A DNA stretch of 43,430 nt from Actinomycetota bacterium (lineage in GTDB: Bacteria > Actinomycetota > Acidimicrobiia > IMCC26256 > PALSA-610), in assembly GCA_036787815.1 (NCBI GenBank), contig DAIQOP010000002.1, positions 1 to 43,430 of the forward strand. Reading direction: 5' to 3'. Under the pieces are notes generated by a model. It saw only the letters and a program-made list of their open reading frames with translations. It was not told the DNA's origin and did not search any database. A program made the translations under genes and the position numbers. Within the stretch, counting starts at the first letter, position 1. Each line of letters opens with the position of its first letter. This document shows, in pieces, positions 1 through 8,471 of the stretch.

Positions 1-144
1 CGCCGTGTAGTCGGCGTGCAGGCGCGCGTACGTGTCGTCGTCGATGTTGCCGGCCACACGTTCTTCCTCGAGATCGTCGAGCGACCGCAGGAGGAACACG
101 CGTTGAGCCTCGAGCGCCTCGCGGTCGTCGACCTCGACCGTCAC
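1..144 (-). CDS. partial CDS, first 48 codons only (runs off the left edge), translationally coupled to ccmH; possibly a CcmI-like accessory protein
   Basis: GTG at 144-142 overlaps the ccmH stop (GTGA). My translation is VTVEVDDREALEAQRVFLLRSLDDLEEERVAGNIDDDTYARLHADYTA, open to position 1, with very high third-position GC. The function is a guess from position only. Confidence 0.5.
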   Translation of the reverse strand, partial: MTVEVDDREALEAQRVFLLRSLDDLEEERVAGNIDDDTYARLHADYTA

Positions 145-605
145 TCTTCGCTCCGGGCCCGGGCCACGAGCTCCTCGTCGGCCGCCGTGGCCGCGAGGCG
201 AGGCTGCTGCGACCATCGCCGCAGCGCGATGGCGAGCCCTCCGGCTCCGAGCAACAACACCGCGATCGGCGCACCCCACACGATCATGCCGATGCCGTGG
301 CCGTCGGGGAGGAGCAGCACGTACTGCGTGTAGCTCTTCACCACCGCGGCCCGGATCTCGGCGTCGCTCTCGCCGGCGGCGATACGGCGCTTGATCTCGA
401 CGCGAATGGCGACGGCCGCGGGGGCCTGGCTGTTGGCCACGGCTTCCGACTCGCACGTCGGGCACCGCAACTCGTGCGCGAGGCGGTTCGCACGGGCCGT
501 CGGCGAGTTGCTCGGTTGCGAGCTCGCCACGACCACGACGAGCACGACGGCGAGCACCACGCCGAGGAACGCCCACGGCAACCACACGCGCACGCGCGGG
601 CTCAT
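141..605 (-). CDS. ccmH: cytochrome c-type biogenesis protein CcmH (System I)
   Basis: Inside track ORF 141..920(-). The internal ATG at 605 gives the signal anchor MSPRVRVWLPWAFLGVVLAVVL, then LRCPTCESE (LRCxxC motif) and a C-terminal TM. ATG 605 overlaps the ccmG stop (ATGA). The 105 upstream codons of the track ORF are Arg-rich junk. Confidence 0.9.
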   Translation of the reverse strand: MSPRVRVWLPWAFLGVVLAVVLVVVVASSQPSNSPTARANRLAHELRCPTCESEAVANSQAPAAVAIRVEIKRRIAAGESDAEIRAAVVKSYTQYVLLLPDGHGIGMIVWGAPIAVLLLGAGGLAIALRRWSQQPRLAATAADEELVARARSEE

Positions 606-1141
606 GCGCTGCTCTTCGCGACGGCGAGCATCTTCTCGAGGTCGTCGACGGACACGGCCGAGCGTTGCACGCCGACCACGATGCCGTTCGCGGCGATCAT
701 GTAGCTCTCGGGCTGACCGGTCGTACCGAACGCGACCGAGGTCTGGCCCTGCGGGTCGGTCACGAACGACCATCCGTCGTGGTGCGCACGCACCCACGCG
801 CGCGCGGCCGAGGCGGTGTCGTCGCGCACGATCCCCACCATCTCGAAGTCGCCGTCGGCGTGATGCCGCGCGTAGAAGGCCGAGAGCGCCGCGTGCTCCT
901 GCTGGCACGGGATGCACCACGAGTTCCAGAAGTTCACGAGCACGACCTTGCCCTGCAGGTCGTCGGAGCGGACGTCCGGGCCACCCGTGAGGGAAGGGAG
1001 ATCGAACGTCGGCACCGGTTTGCTCAGTAGCCGGCCGCCCTTGAACGAGGGGCTCACGTGCACCTGGCTCGCGAGCAGGACGGCGAAGGCGACGAACAGC
1101 GCTCCCACCGCCAACGCGATCTTGCGGGCCGGATGCTTCAT
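602..1141 (-). CDS. ccmG: thiol:disulfide oxidoreductase CcmG/DsbE (TlpA-like thioredoxin fold)
   Basis: Inside track ORF 602..1300(-). ATG at 1141 gives MKHPARKIALAVGALFVAFAVLLA (membrane anchor), then NFWNSWCIPCQQE (WCxxC active site). ATG 1141 overlaps the ccmF stop at 1138 (ATGA). Confidence 0.9.
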   Translation of the reverse strand: MKHPARKIALAVGALFVAFAVLLASQVHVSPSFKGGRLLSKPVPTFDLPSLTGGPDVRSDDLQGKVVLVNFWNSWCIPCQQEHAALSAFYARHHADGDFEMVGIVRDDTASAARAWVRAHHDGWSFVTDPQGQTSVAFGTTGQPESYMIAANGIVVGVQRSAVSVDDLEKMLAVAKSSA

Positions 1142-3177
1142 CCCGCGGCCACCGGGGCCAGGTCGTCCTCCGCGCTCGGTTCCTCGGCCGCGCCGCTCGG
1201 CGGGCCCTGCGGATCGGGCAGTCGCACCCGCCGCCGTTTCATGGGGACCAGGGCGACGCCCGTGCCGAGCCCCATCACCAGACCGCCGGTCCAGAGCCAC
1301 GCCACGAGCGGATTCACCGCGACGCCGAGGGTCACGCGCCCCTCGGTCGGGCTCGACACGAGCGTGAGGTACACGTCGCGCAGGATGCCGGTGTGCACCG
1401 ACGGGGTGCCGATACCGCCGTCGCTGTTGGGGAACGACGAGATCGCCGGCGTGTACACACCGAGCGTGTGGCTCCCCTGGCGGATCCGGACGCGCGCCGA
1501 GATGGTGGTCTTCTGCGCGTTCGCGTCGATCGTGCGACCGAGATACGTGACCGTGTAACCGGCGACCTTCGCGGACTCACCGGCTTGCAGGCTCACCTCT
1601 CGACGGGTCGCGTAACCCGACGACACGCCGAGCGCGATCGCGATGATCACGACACCCGCGTGCACGATCAGGCCGCCGTAGAGACGCGGATTCCCGCGCA
1701 CGGTGTTCACGACCGCGACGGGCGGTGCCTCCCCGTACGCGCTGCGGCGCGCCCGCACCGCGCTGATCATGTTGCGCCCGATGCCGGCCAACGCGAACGA
1801 GCCGAGGCCGAACGACACGACCTGTGCGATCCCGTGCGCGCCGAACGCGACGGTGACGACCATCGTCGTGACACCGATGTACGCGGGCACGAGCAGGCGT
1901 CGGCGCAGCACTTCGCCGCTCGCCGCGCGCCACGGCAACGCGGGCGCGACGGCCATCAGGAAGAGCAGCCCGATCCCGATCGGCACGACGAGGCGATCGA
2001 AGTAGGGCTGACCGACCGAGAGCTGCCGGCCCTGGAGCGCCTCGGCCAGGAGCGGGAACACCGTGCCCATGAGCACCACGAACGCGAACCCGGCGAAGAG
2101 CAGGTTGTTCGCGAGGAAGGCGGCCTCACGCGAGAGGGGCGAGTCGATGCGCCCGGGCGTATGGAGCTTGTCGCCCCGCCACGCGATGAGCCCGATGCCG
2201 ACCGCGACCACCAGGCCGAGGAAGCCGAGCAGGGCCGGACCGATGTTCGACTGCGAGAACGCGTGCACCGAGTTGATGACACCCGAGCGCGTGAGGAACG
2301 TGCCCAGGATCGTGAGGCAGAACGTCGCGATCACGAGCGACAGGTTCCACACGCGGAGCATCCCGCGGCGTTCCTGCACCATCAGCGAGTGGATGAACGC
2401 CGTCGCGGTGAGCCAGGGCATGAACGACGCGTTCTCGACCGGGTCCCACGACCAGTAGCCACCCCATCCCAACACCTCGTAGCTCCACCACGCCCCGAGG
2501 ATGATGCCGATCGTGAGGAAGCCCCACGCGATCAACGTGGAACGGCGCACGTCGACGAGCCAGCCCTCACCGAACCGGCCGGTGACGAGCGCGCCGACCG
2601 CGAACATGAACGGCACCGTCATCCCGACGTACCCGAGGTAGAGGATCGGCGGGTGGAACGCCATGAGCACGTGATCCTGGAGCAGCGGATTCGGCCCGGA
2701 TCCATTGGCCGGCTCGAGCCCGCTCACCACCTTGAACGGGTTCGCGGGCCCGAGCATCAGGCCGAAGAAGAACAGCGCGACCGAGTAGCCGGTGACCGTC
2801 GCCCACGCCACGAGCGGGTCGGTACCGCGCTTGCGGAACAACAGCGTGACGGCGACGAGGTAGCCGGAGAGGATCAGCGCCCACAGCAGGATCGAGCCCT
2901 CGAGCGCACCCCACAGCGCGGTGATCGTGAAGAGCCGCGGTGTTGCGTTCGCGACGTTCCCGGCGACGTACTTGATCGCGTAGTCGTGGGTGTTCAGCGC
3001 CCACTCCATCGCGCCGACGGCGACCGCGGCGGCGGCCGCGATGCCGATCACGTAGCGCCGACCGACCGCGAGCAGGCGCTCGCTGCCGGTCTTCAACCCG
3101 GCCAGCAACGTGAAGATGCCGAGCAGGCACGACGCCGCGCCGACGCTGAGCGCGGCGTAGCCGAGCGATGCCCTCAC
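1138..3177 (-). CDS. ccmF: cytochrome c heme lyase subunit CcmF
   Basis: 679-aa polytopic ORF with the tryptophan-rich WWD-type motif WGGYWSWDPVENASFMPWL. Size and position between ccmE and ccmG are canonical. Confidence 0.95.
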   Translation of the reverse strand: MRASLGYAALSVGAASCLLGIFTLLAGLKTGSERLLAVGRRYVIGIAAAAAVAVGAMEWALNTHDYAIKYVAGNVANATPRLFTITALWGALEGSILLWALILSGYLVAVTLLFRKRGTDPLVAWATVTGYSVALFFFGLMLGPANPFKVVSGLEPANGSGPNPLLQDHVLMAFHPPILYLGYVGMTVPFMFAVGALVTGRFGEGWLVDVRRSTLIAWGFLTIGIILGAWWSYEVLGWGGYWSWDPVENASFMPWLTATAFIHSLMVQERRGMLRVWNLSLVIATFCLTILGTFLTRSGVINSVHAFSQSNIGPALLGFLGLVVAVGIGLIAWRGDKLHTPGRIDSPLSREAAFLANNLLFAGFAFVVLMGTVFPLLAEALQGRQLSVGQPYFDRLVVPIGIGLLFLMAVAPALPWRAASGEVLRRRLLVPAYIGVTTMVVTVAFGAHGIAQVVSFGLGSFALAGIGRNMISAVRARRSAYGEAPPVAVVNTVRGNPRLYGGLIVHAGVVIIAIALGVSSGYATRREVSLQAGESAKVAGYTVTYLGRTIDANAQKTTISARVRIRQGSHTLGVYTPAISSFPNSDGGIGTPSVHTGILRDVYLTLVSSPTEGRVTLGVAVNPLVAWLWTGGLVMGLGTGVALVPMKRRRVRLPDPQGPPSGAAEEPSAEDDLAPVAAG

Positions 3178-3202
3178 GCGGGCGCCCTCACGGGAACCGC
3201 GC

Positions 3203-3676
3203 TCACGAGACCGCCGCCGGCGGGCACTTGGCGTCCTTGACGTCGGGGATCTTGTACGCCTTCGGCGAGTACTGCGCCCCGTGGCGGATCAGGAGGCGGT
3301 CACCGAGGAACGTGCTGCCCGCCCACCGCCCTTCGACGACCACCGGCGCGCAGTTCTTGAACAGGTCGGGTGGGCTGCCCTGGAGGTCGACCGCCGCGGC
3401 CGCCTTGCCGTCGGTCATCGAGAACTTCACGCCACCCTTGGTCTGGACGATCGTGCCCGGCTCGACCTGGCCGGCCATCCGGAACGTGTGCGAGCCCTGC
3501 TGGGCACGGTGTTGCACCGCGTAGGAGACGGGTCGCAGGTAGACGATGTTGGCCGCGAGGCCGCCGATGAGCAGCCAGGCCACCACTCCCGCGCACAGGA
3601 GGGAGGCCACGACGTAGCGGGCGCGGATCCCGCGCGCGCGCGGCTTCGGGTTCGGCGGCTCCGGCTCCACGCTCAT
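3203..3676 (-). CDS. ccmE: heme chaperone CcmE
   Basis: 157 aa with an N-terminal anchor, an OB-fold-like body and C-terminal LIRHGAQYSPKAY (HxxxY heme-binding motif). Confidence 0.92.
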   Translation of the reverse strand: MSVEPEPPNPKPRARGIRARYVVASLLCAGVVAWLLIGGLAANIVYLRPVSYAVQHRAQQGSHTFRMAGQVEPGTIVQTKGGVKFSMTDGKAAAAVDLQGSPPDLFKNCAPVVVEGRWAGSTFLGDRLLIRHGAQYSPKAYKIPDVKDAKCPPAAVS

Positions 3677-3810
3677 CGTGGGTCCGGGAGCTCACGTGCG
3701 GAACGGCGCGTGCGGCGGAGCTTGGCCTGGAGCCAGCCCGTGTACGCGACGAGCACGGTGAACACGATCCCGTAGCCCGCGCCGACGTATCCCCAGTAGC
3801 TGTGCTTCAT
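3673..3810 (-). CDS. ccmD: heme exporter protein CcmD (45 aa, not in the ORF track)
   Basis: My translation of the minus strand is MKHSYWGYVGAGYGIVFTVLVAYTGWLQAKLRRTRRSARELPDPR: one TM helix plus a basic tail. ATG 3810 overlaps the ccmC stop (ATGA) and its TGA overlaps the ccmE ATG (ATGA), so it fills the ccmC-ccmE gap exactly. Confidence 0.8.
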   Translation of the reverse strand: MKHSYWGYVGAGYGIVFTVLVAYTGWLQAKLRRTRRSARELPDPR

Positions 3811-4568
3811 GACGGCACGCTCGCGACCGTTGCGGGCGTCTCCTGCGCGAGGCGCTCCTCGATCGCGAGGGCGAGCTCGCGTTCCTCGAAGCCCTCTTCG
3901 AGCGCGAGCAGCTCCATGCGCCGCACGACGAGGTAGCAGTAGAGCAACGTGAAGGCGACGACCGACAGCACCAGGGTGGTGGCCATCGTGCCGGAGATCT
4001 CGGCCTCACCCAGCTTGCGGTTGAACACGGTGCCCTGCTGATGCAGCGTCTCGAACCAGTTCACCGAGAAGTGCACGATCGGGACGTCGACGAACGCGAC
4101 GAGCGCCGCGATCGCGCTGCGCTTGGCCCGCTGGTCGGGGCTGCCGCCCGCCCGGCGCAACGCGAGGTAGCCGAGATAGAGGAAGAAGAGCACCGCCGTG
4201 GTCGTGAGCCGCGCGTCCCACTCCCACCAGGATCCCCAGATCGGCTTCCCCCAGATCGAGCCGACGACCAGCATGAGGCCGGTGAACACCACGCCGACCT
4301 CGGCCGACGCGCCCGCGAGGAGGTCCCAGCTCGTCGATCGGGTGCGGGGCACGAGCCAGAGGACCGAAGCGATCGCGGTCGCCGCGAACGCGAGGTACGC
4401 GACCCACGCGGAGGGCACGTGGAGGTACATCAGCCGTTGCGCGTTGCCCTGCTGCGCATCGGGCGGCGCGATCACCAGCGCCATGAGCGCCGTCGCCGCG
4501 AGCACCACCACCACGAGCGCCCCGAACCACGGCACCCGCCTCTTGGTGGTCTCCGCCTGCTTCTTCAT
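3807..4568 (-). CDS. ccmC: heme exporter protein CcmC
   Basis: 253-aa polytopic ORF with WGKPIWGSWWEWDARLTTT (WWD heme-handling motif). Its start overlaps the ccmB stop (ATGA). Confidence 0.95.
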   Translation of the reverse strand: MKKQAETTKRRVPWFGALVVVVLAATALMALVIAPPDAQQGNAQRLMYLHVPSAWVAYLAFAATAIASVLWLVPRTRSTSWDLLAGASAEVGVVFTGLMLVVGSIWGKPIWGSWWEWDARLTTTAVLFFLYLGYLALRRAGGSPDQRAKRSAIAALVAFVDVPIVHFSVNWFETLHQQGTVFNRKLGEAEISGTMATTLVLSVVAFTLLYCYLVVRRMELLALEEGFEERELALAIEERLAQETPATVASVPS

Positions 4569-5242
4569 GACTCCTCCAGGAGCGGGCCGAAGGCCAGCAC
4601 ACCCATCATCACGTACACGACCGCGAACACGGTCAGGAGCTGAACCCAGGGCCAGGCTTGCGAGGTCGTGCCGCCGAGCGCGGCCTCGAAGGCCCGGGTA
4701 CCACCGATCATGACCGGCGCGACGACCGGCAGGACGAGGAGCGGGAGCAACGTCTCCCGCTGCCGCAGGCCACCGGCCAGCGCGCCGTAGACGGTACCGG
4801 CCGCAGCGATGCCGGCGGTCGCGGCCAACGCCGCGGGGATCAGGGCGACGAGGCCCACCACCGGCACGTCGTAGAGGACGAACACCCCGACCGCGAGCAC
4901 GACTTCGAGCATGACGAGCTGCACGGCGATGGCGGCGGCCTTGCCGAGGAAGATGGCGGCCCCGTCGATGCCCGAGAGGCGCAGCCCGTCGAGGGCGCCG
5001 TTCTCGGCCTCGACCGCGAAGGCCCGCGAGATCGCCAGCAGCGACGAGAGGAGCACCGCGACCCAGAAGAGGCCGGGCGCGACGCGCGGCAGGATGCCCC
5101 GGTCGGGGTCGAGCGCGAAGGCGAAGAGCAGCAGGACGATGGCTCCGAACGCCGCGATCTGCTGGATCGCGACCCGGGAGCGCAGCTCGATGCGCAGGTC
5201 TTTCCCCGCGACCAGCCCCGCCTCACGCCACAGCGACATCAT
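4565..5242 (-). CDS. ccmB: heme exporter permease CcmB
   Basis: C-terminal 225 codons of track ORF 4565..6028(-), starting at ATGATG (5242). The sequence MMSLWREAGLVAGKDLRIELRSRVAIQQ... is hydrophobic and six-TM-like. The upstream part of the track ORF is an out-of-frame read-through of ccmA. Confidence 0.88.
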   Translation of the reverse strand: MMSLWREAGLVAGKDLRIELRSRVAIQQIAAFGAIVLLLFAFALDPDRGILPRVAPGLFWVAVLLSSLLAISRAFAVEAENGALDGLRLSGIDGAAIFLGKAAAIAVQLVMLEVVLAVGVFVLYDVPVVGLVALIPAALAATAGIAAAGTVYGALAGGLRQRETLLPLLVLPVVAPVMIGGTRAFEAALGGTTSQAWPWVQLLTVFAVVYVMMGVLAFGPLLEES

Positions 5243-5348
5243 GACTGCCGCGACTTCCGCTCTTGGCGCCTGCGGCGCCGGGCCGCTCGGGCCCCGCTCG
5301 CTCCTGGGCCGAGTGTCGTTCTCACGTCGGCTGCGTCCGCCCGCTCGC

Positions 5349-6002
5349 TCATGTGAGCACCGGGTGGGTGACGGGTTCGGCGCGGCCGGCGACGATCCTG
5401 ACCTCGCGGTGCGCGAGGGCGCGGGCCCGCCCGAGCTCGTGGGACGCGAGCACCACCGTGCGGCCCTCGCCGGCGGCGTCGGACACGATCGCGTCGAGCA
5501 GCTCACGACCGGCGGTGTCGAGACCCGCGTGGGGCTCGTCGAGCAGCAGCAACCGCGGGTCGCGCGCGATGGCGATCGCCAGCGCGAGCCGTCGTTGCTG
5601 ACCGGCCGAGAGGCGGCCGTGCACGACCTTCGCCACGCGCGCCAGCCCGAGGCGCTCGAGTGCGCCGTCGGCCGCCGCCGCCGACTTGCCCGCGGCCCGC
5701 GCCGCGAAGTGCAGGTTCTCGACGGTGGTGAGGTCGTCGTAACAGAAGGTCTGGTGGCCGACCAGGGAGATCTCGCGGCGAACGGAGCGCCGGTCGCGGG
5801 CGAGGTCGTGGCCGAGCACGGTCGCGGCACCAGAGCGCAGCGGGAGCAGACCCGCGAGGAGGCGAAGCAGCGTCGACTTCCCGGCTCCGTTGGGCCCCGA
5901 CAGCAGCACGATCTCACCCTCGTCGACATCGAGATCGGCGCCGGCCAGGGCGGGAAACCGGTCGAGCAGGCACACGGCCGAGCGGATGCACACGACGGGC
6001 AA
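5349..6002 (-). CDS. ccmA: heme exporter ATP-binding protein CcmA (ABC ATPase)
   Basis: Walker A GPNGAGKST, signature LSAGQQRRL, Walker B LLLLDEP. I chose the TTG start at 6002 because GGAGGG lies 5 nt upstream. GTG at 5993 is an alternative. Confidence 0.88.
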   Translation of the reverse strand: MPVVCIRSAVCLLDRFPALAGADLDVDEGEIVLLSGPNGAGKSTLLRLLAGLLPLRSGAATVLGHDLARDRRSVRREISLVGHQTFCYDDLTTVENLHFAARAAGKSAAAADGALERLGLARVAKVVHGRLSAGQQRRLALAIAIARDPRLLLLDEPHAGLDTAGRELLDAIVSDAAGEGRTVVLASHELGRARALAHREVRIVAGRAEPVTHPVLT

Positions 6003-6099
6003 CGCGGCCCTCCGAGGCCCGGGAGCAATACCGCGCGAGTGTACGGACGCCGCCCGGGCAGCGGCGAACCGCTGGACCGAAGCGAGCGGGCGGCACCAG

Positions 6100-6105
6100 T
6101 AGTCT
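6100..6105 (+). promoter_or_regulatory. candidate -10 box TAGTCT, 8 nt before GTG 6114 (leaderless-type)
   Basis: TANNNT hexamer. The 9-mer GTAGTCTCG is identical to the one at 16007-16015 ahead of another start codon. Confidence 0.35.
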
Positions 6106-6113
6106 CGACGATC

Positions 6114-7055
6114 GTGCGCAGGACGGCCGCCAGCCTCGGGCGGATGCTGGTGACCGTGGGGCTGCTGATCCTCCTGTTCGTCGCCTATCAGCTGTGGGGA
6201 ACGGGGATCTTCACGGCCCGGGCGCAGAACGATCTCAAGGCGCGGTTCAACACCGAGCTGCACGACAATCCCACCGTCGGCTCCACGACTTCCACCACGT
6301 CACCGCGGTCGACCACGACCGGCCGGTCGGGGACGACGCGGCCGCCCACCACCGTGCCGCAGCACGTGCAGACCATCACCGAAGGTGGTCTGATCGGCCG
6401 CATTCGCATCCCCCGCATCGGCGTCGACCTGATCTTCGTCCAGGGCACCGCCCGCGACGACCTCTCGAAGGGACCGGGCCACTATCCCGCCACCCCGATG
6501 CCGGGGCAGCTCGGTAACGCCGCGATCGCCGGGCACCGCACCACGCACGGGAAGCCGTTCTACCGGCTGAACGAGCTCGCCGCCGGCGACGACATCCTCA
6601 TCGACACCACCTACGGCCACTTCCGCTACCGGGTCACGCAACAGCTGATCGTCGCCCCGACCGACATCGCGGTCGTCGGTCCGACGACGGATGCCCAGCT
6701 CACCCTCACCACGTGCAACCCCCGCTTCTCCGCGCGGGAACGGCTCGTGATCCACGCCCGCCTCGTCGTGAACCGCAGCTCACCCGCGCGTGCGAGCGTG
6801 CCGGTCAACATCGTGCCCTCGCCGAGCAGCGGCAGCACACAGTCGTCGTTGCAGCAGAGCCTCTCGGGCGACACGTCGTCGCGGGGGCCGACCTTCTTCT
6901 GGGGCGCGGTCACGCTGCTCATCGGCCTGCTGTGGTGGTGGGGGTACCGGCGCTTCCGGCACCCGCTCACCTGGCTCGTGGGTATCGGCCCGTTCCTCGC
7001 CGTGCTGTTCGCGTTCTACGTGTACTTCGAGCGACTCCTCCCGGCGAACTTCTGA
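6114..7055 (+). CDS. class E-type sortase (transpeptidase), with an extra C-terminal TM region
   Basis: Tail of track ORF 4911..7055(+). Basic N-terminus plus TM (VRRTAASLGRMLVTVGLLILLFVAYQLWG), a Thr/Ser/Pro-rich linker, catalytic His in NAAIAGHRTTHG, and catalytic Cys in LTLTTCNPRFSARERLVIHA. ATG at 6144 is an alternative start. Confidence 0.85.
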   Translation: MRRTAASLGRMLVTVGLLILLFVAYQLWGTGIFTARAQNDLKARFNTELHDNPTVGSTTSTTSPRSTTTGRSGTTRPPTTVPQHVQTITEGGLIGRIRIPRIGVDLIFVQGTARDDLSKGPGHYPATPMPGQLGNAAIAGHRTTHGKPFYRLNELAAGDDILIDTTYGHFRYRVTQQLIVAPTDIAVVGPTTDAQLTLTTCNPRFSARERLVIHARLVVNRSSPARASVPVNIVPSPSSGSTQSSLQQSLSGDTSSRGPTFFWGAVTLLIGLLWWWGYRRFRHPLTWLVGIGPFLAVLFAFYVYFERLLPANF

Positions 7056-7083
7056 CCGGGCCGGCACGGATGGCGCGCCGAGC

Positions 7084-8010
7084 GTGACTCCGACGTTCGA
7101 GGCCGTGCAGGCGGCCGCGGCGCGTATCGCGCCGTACGTGCACCGCACCCCGGTGATGACGTCGCGCACGCTCGACGAGTGGCTCGACACCCGAGCGTTC
7201 CTCAAGTGCGAGCACCTGCAGCGGGTCGGTGCGTTCAAGTACCGGGGGGCGACCAACGCGGTGCAGCTGCTCGCGCCCGCCGAGGCCGCACGGGGAGTTG
7301 CCGCCCATTCTTCGGGGAACCACGCGGCGGCGCTGGCGCTTGCGGCACGCACGCGTGGGATCGCCGCGCACATCGTCGTGCCCCACACCGCGTCGCGTAC
7401 GAAACGCTCGGCGATCGAGGCGTACGGGGCGCGGATCGTGCTGTGCGAGCCGACCATCGAGGCACGCGAGGCCGCGGTCGCGCGTGTGATCGCCGAGACC
7501 GGCGCGGTCGAGATCCACCCCTTCGACAACGACGACGTGATCGCGGGCGCGGGAACGGCCGCGCTCGAGCTCGTGGGTCAGATCCCCGGGCTCGACGTGG
7601 TGGTCGCGCCCGTCGGCGGCGGCGGGCTGCTCGCGGGAACCGCGATCGCGGTGCACGGCATCGACCCGAAGACGCGGATCGTCGGCGCCGAGCCCCTCGC
7701 GGCCGACGACGCCGCGCGTTCGCTCGCGACCGGGCATCTCGTGGCGCCGAATCCGCCGGCGACGATCGCCGACGGCCTGCTCACCGGCTTGTCGGCCCGC
7801 ACCTTCGCCGTGCTCTCCGAGCACGTGGACACGATCGTGACGGTCACCGAGGAGGAGATCCTCGAGGCGATGCACTTCGTGTGGCACCGCACCAAGCAGC
7901 TGATCGAGCCGAGCGCGGCGGTGGCGGTCGCCGCGGTCCGCAGTGCCGATCTCGCGGGCGCCCGCGTCGGCATCGTCCTCAGCGGCGGGAACGTCGACCT
8001 CGCCGCGTGA
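7084..8010 (+). CDS. PLP-dependent threonine/serine dehydratase family protein (serine racemase-like)
   Basis: Tail of track ORF 6790..8010(+). PLP-lysine motif RVGAFKYRGA, HSSGNHAAALA, and glycine loop APVGGGGLLAG. GTG start at 7084. Confidence 0.85.
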   Translation: MTPTFEAVQAAAARIAPYVHRTPVMTSRTLDEWLDTRAFLKCEHLQRVGAFKYRGATNAVQLLAPAEAARGVAAHSSGNHAAALALAARTRGIAAHIVVPHTASRTKRSAIEAYGARIVLCEPTIEAREAAVARVIAETGAVEIHPFDNDDVIAGAGTAALELVGQIPGLDVVVAPVGGGGLLAGTAIAVHGIDPKTRIVGAEPLAADDAARSLATGHLVAPNPPATIADGLLTGLSARTFAVLSEHVDTIVTVTEEEILEAMHFVWHRTKQLIEPSAAVAVAAVRSADLAGARVGIVLSGGNVDLAA

Positions 8011-8056
8011 GGGCCTTCAGGGCCTTCGGTGCCTTCAGGGCCTTCAGGGCCCTTCA
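8011..8056. repeat. five tandem copies of a 9-mer (GGGCCTTCA)
   Basis: GGGCCTTCA GGGCCTTCG GTGCCTTCA GGGCCTTCA GGGCCCTTCA fills the whole gap between two convergent stop codons. The last copy contains the TGA of the minus-strand gene. Confidence 0.9.
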
Positions 8057-8437
8057 GGATTCGGGCGCAGCCTCGTCCCGGCGAGTGCGCTCCCACTCCT
8101 CGAGCATCCGGTCGAGCTCGGCGGAGCGGCGATCGGTGACGACCCGCTGGGCCGTGTCGCGGGGCACCTCGGGCTCCGGGGCCGCCGCCGCCCGGCGGGG
8201 CCGGCGCTGGGCCTGCGGGTGGCTCGCGGCGCCGCTGGTCCGGACGGGCCGGCCCAGGAACATCCACAGCAGCGGGCCGATCACGAGCCAGCCCAGCAGC
8301 ACCACCACGATGATCCACATGATCTTCGGCAGGTTGCGCGTCCGGCTCGCGTCCGTGGTCACGACGTCGTAGATCGCCCAGAGCCAGAACAGCAGCAGGC
8401 CGATGACGAGCAGTCCACCGGCGTCGAAGAGCGGCAT
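8054..8437 (-). CDS. small membrane protein, PLD nuclease N-terminal (PLDc_N)-like
   Basis: 127 aa. Two TM helices (LLVIGLLLFWLWAIYDVV, KIMWIIVVVLLGWLVIGPLLWMFLG) are typical of PLDc_N proteins, followed by a charged tail. Confidence 0.75.
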   Translation of the reverse strand: MPLFDAGGLLVIGLLLFWLWAIYDVVTTDASRTRNLPKIMWIIVVVLLGWLVIGPLLWMFLGRPVRTSGAASHPQAQRRPRRAAAAPEPEVPRDTAQRVVTDRRSAELDRMLEEWERTRRDEAAPES

Positions 8438-8443
8438 ACGACG

Positions 8444-8449
8444 AGATTA
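8444..8449 (-). promoter_or_regulatory. candidate -10 box TAATCT, 6 nt before ATG 8437 (leaderless-type)
   Basis: The minus strand reads CCTAATCTCGTCGTATG. Confidence 0.35.
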
Positions 8450-8471
8450 GGCGCGATCGACCGTCGGGATT

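Noticed and set aside
4565-6028. Single 487-aa ORF spanning ccmB and ccmA
   Set aside because: Only the last 225 codons look like CcmB. The upstream part is an alternative frame across ccmA, whose real frame is the 5349..6263 ORF with Walker motifs.
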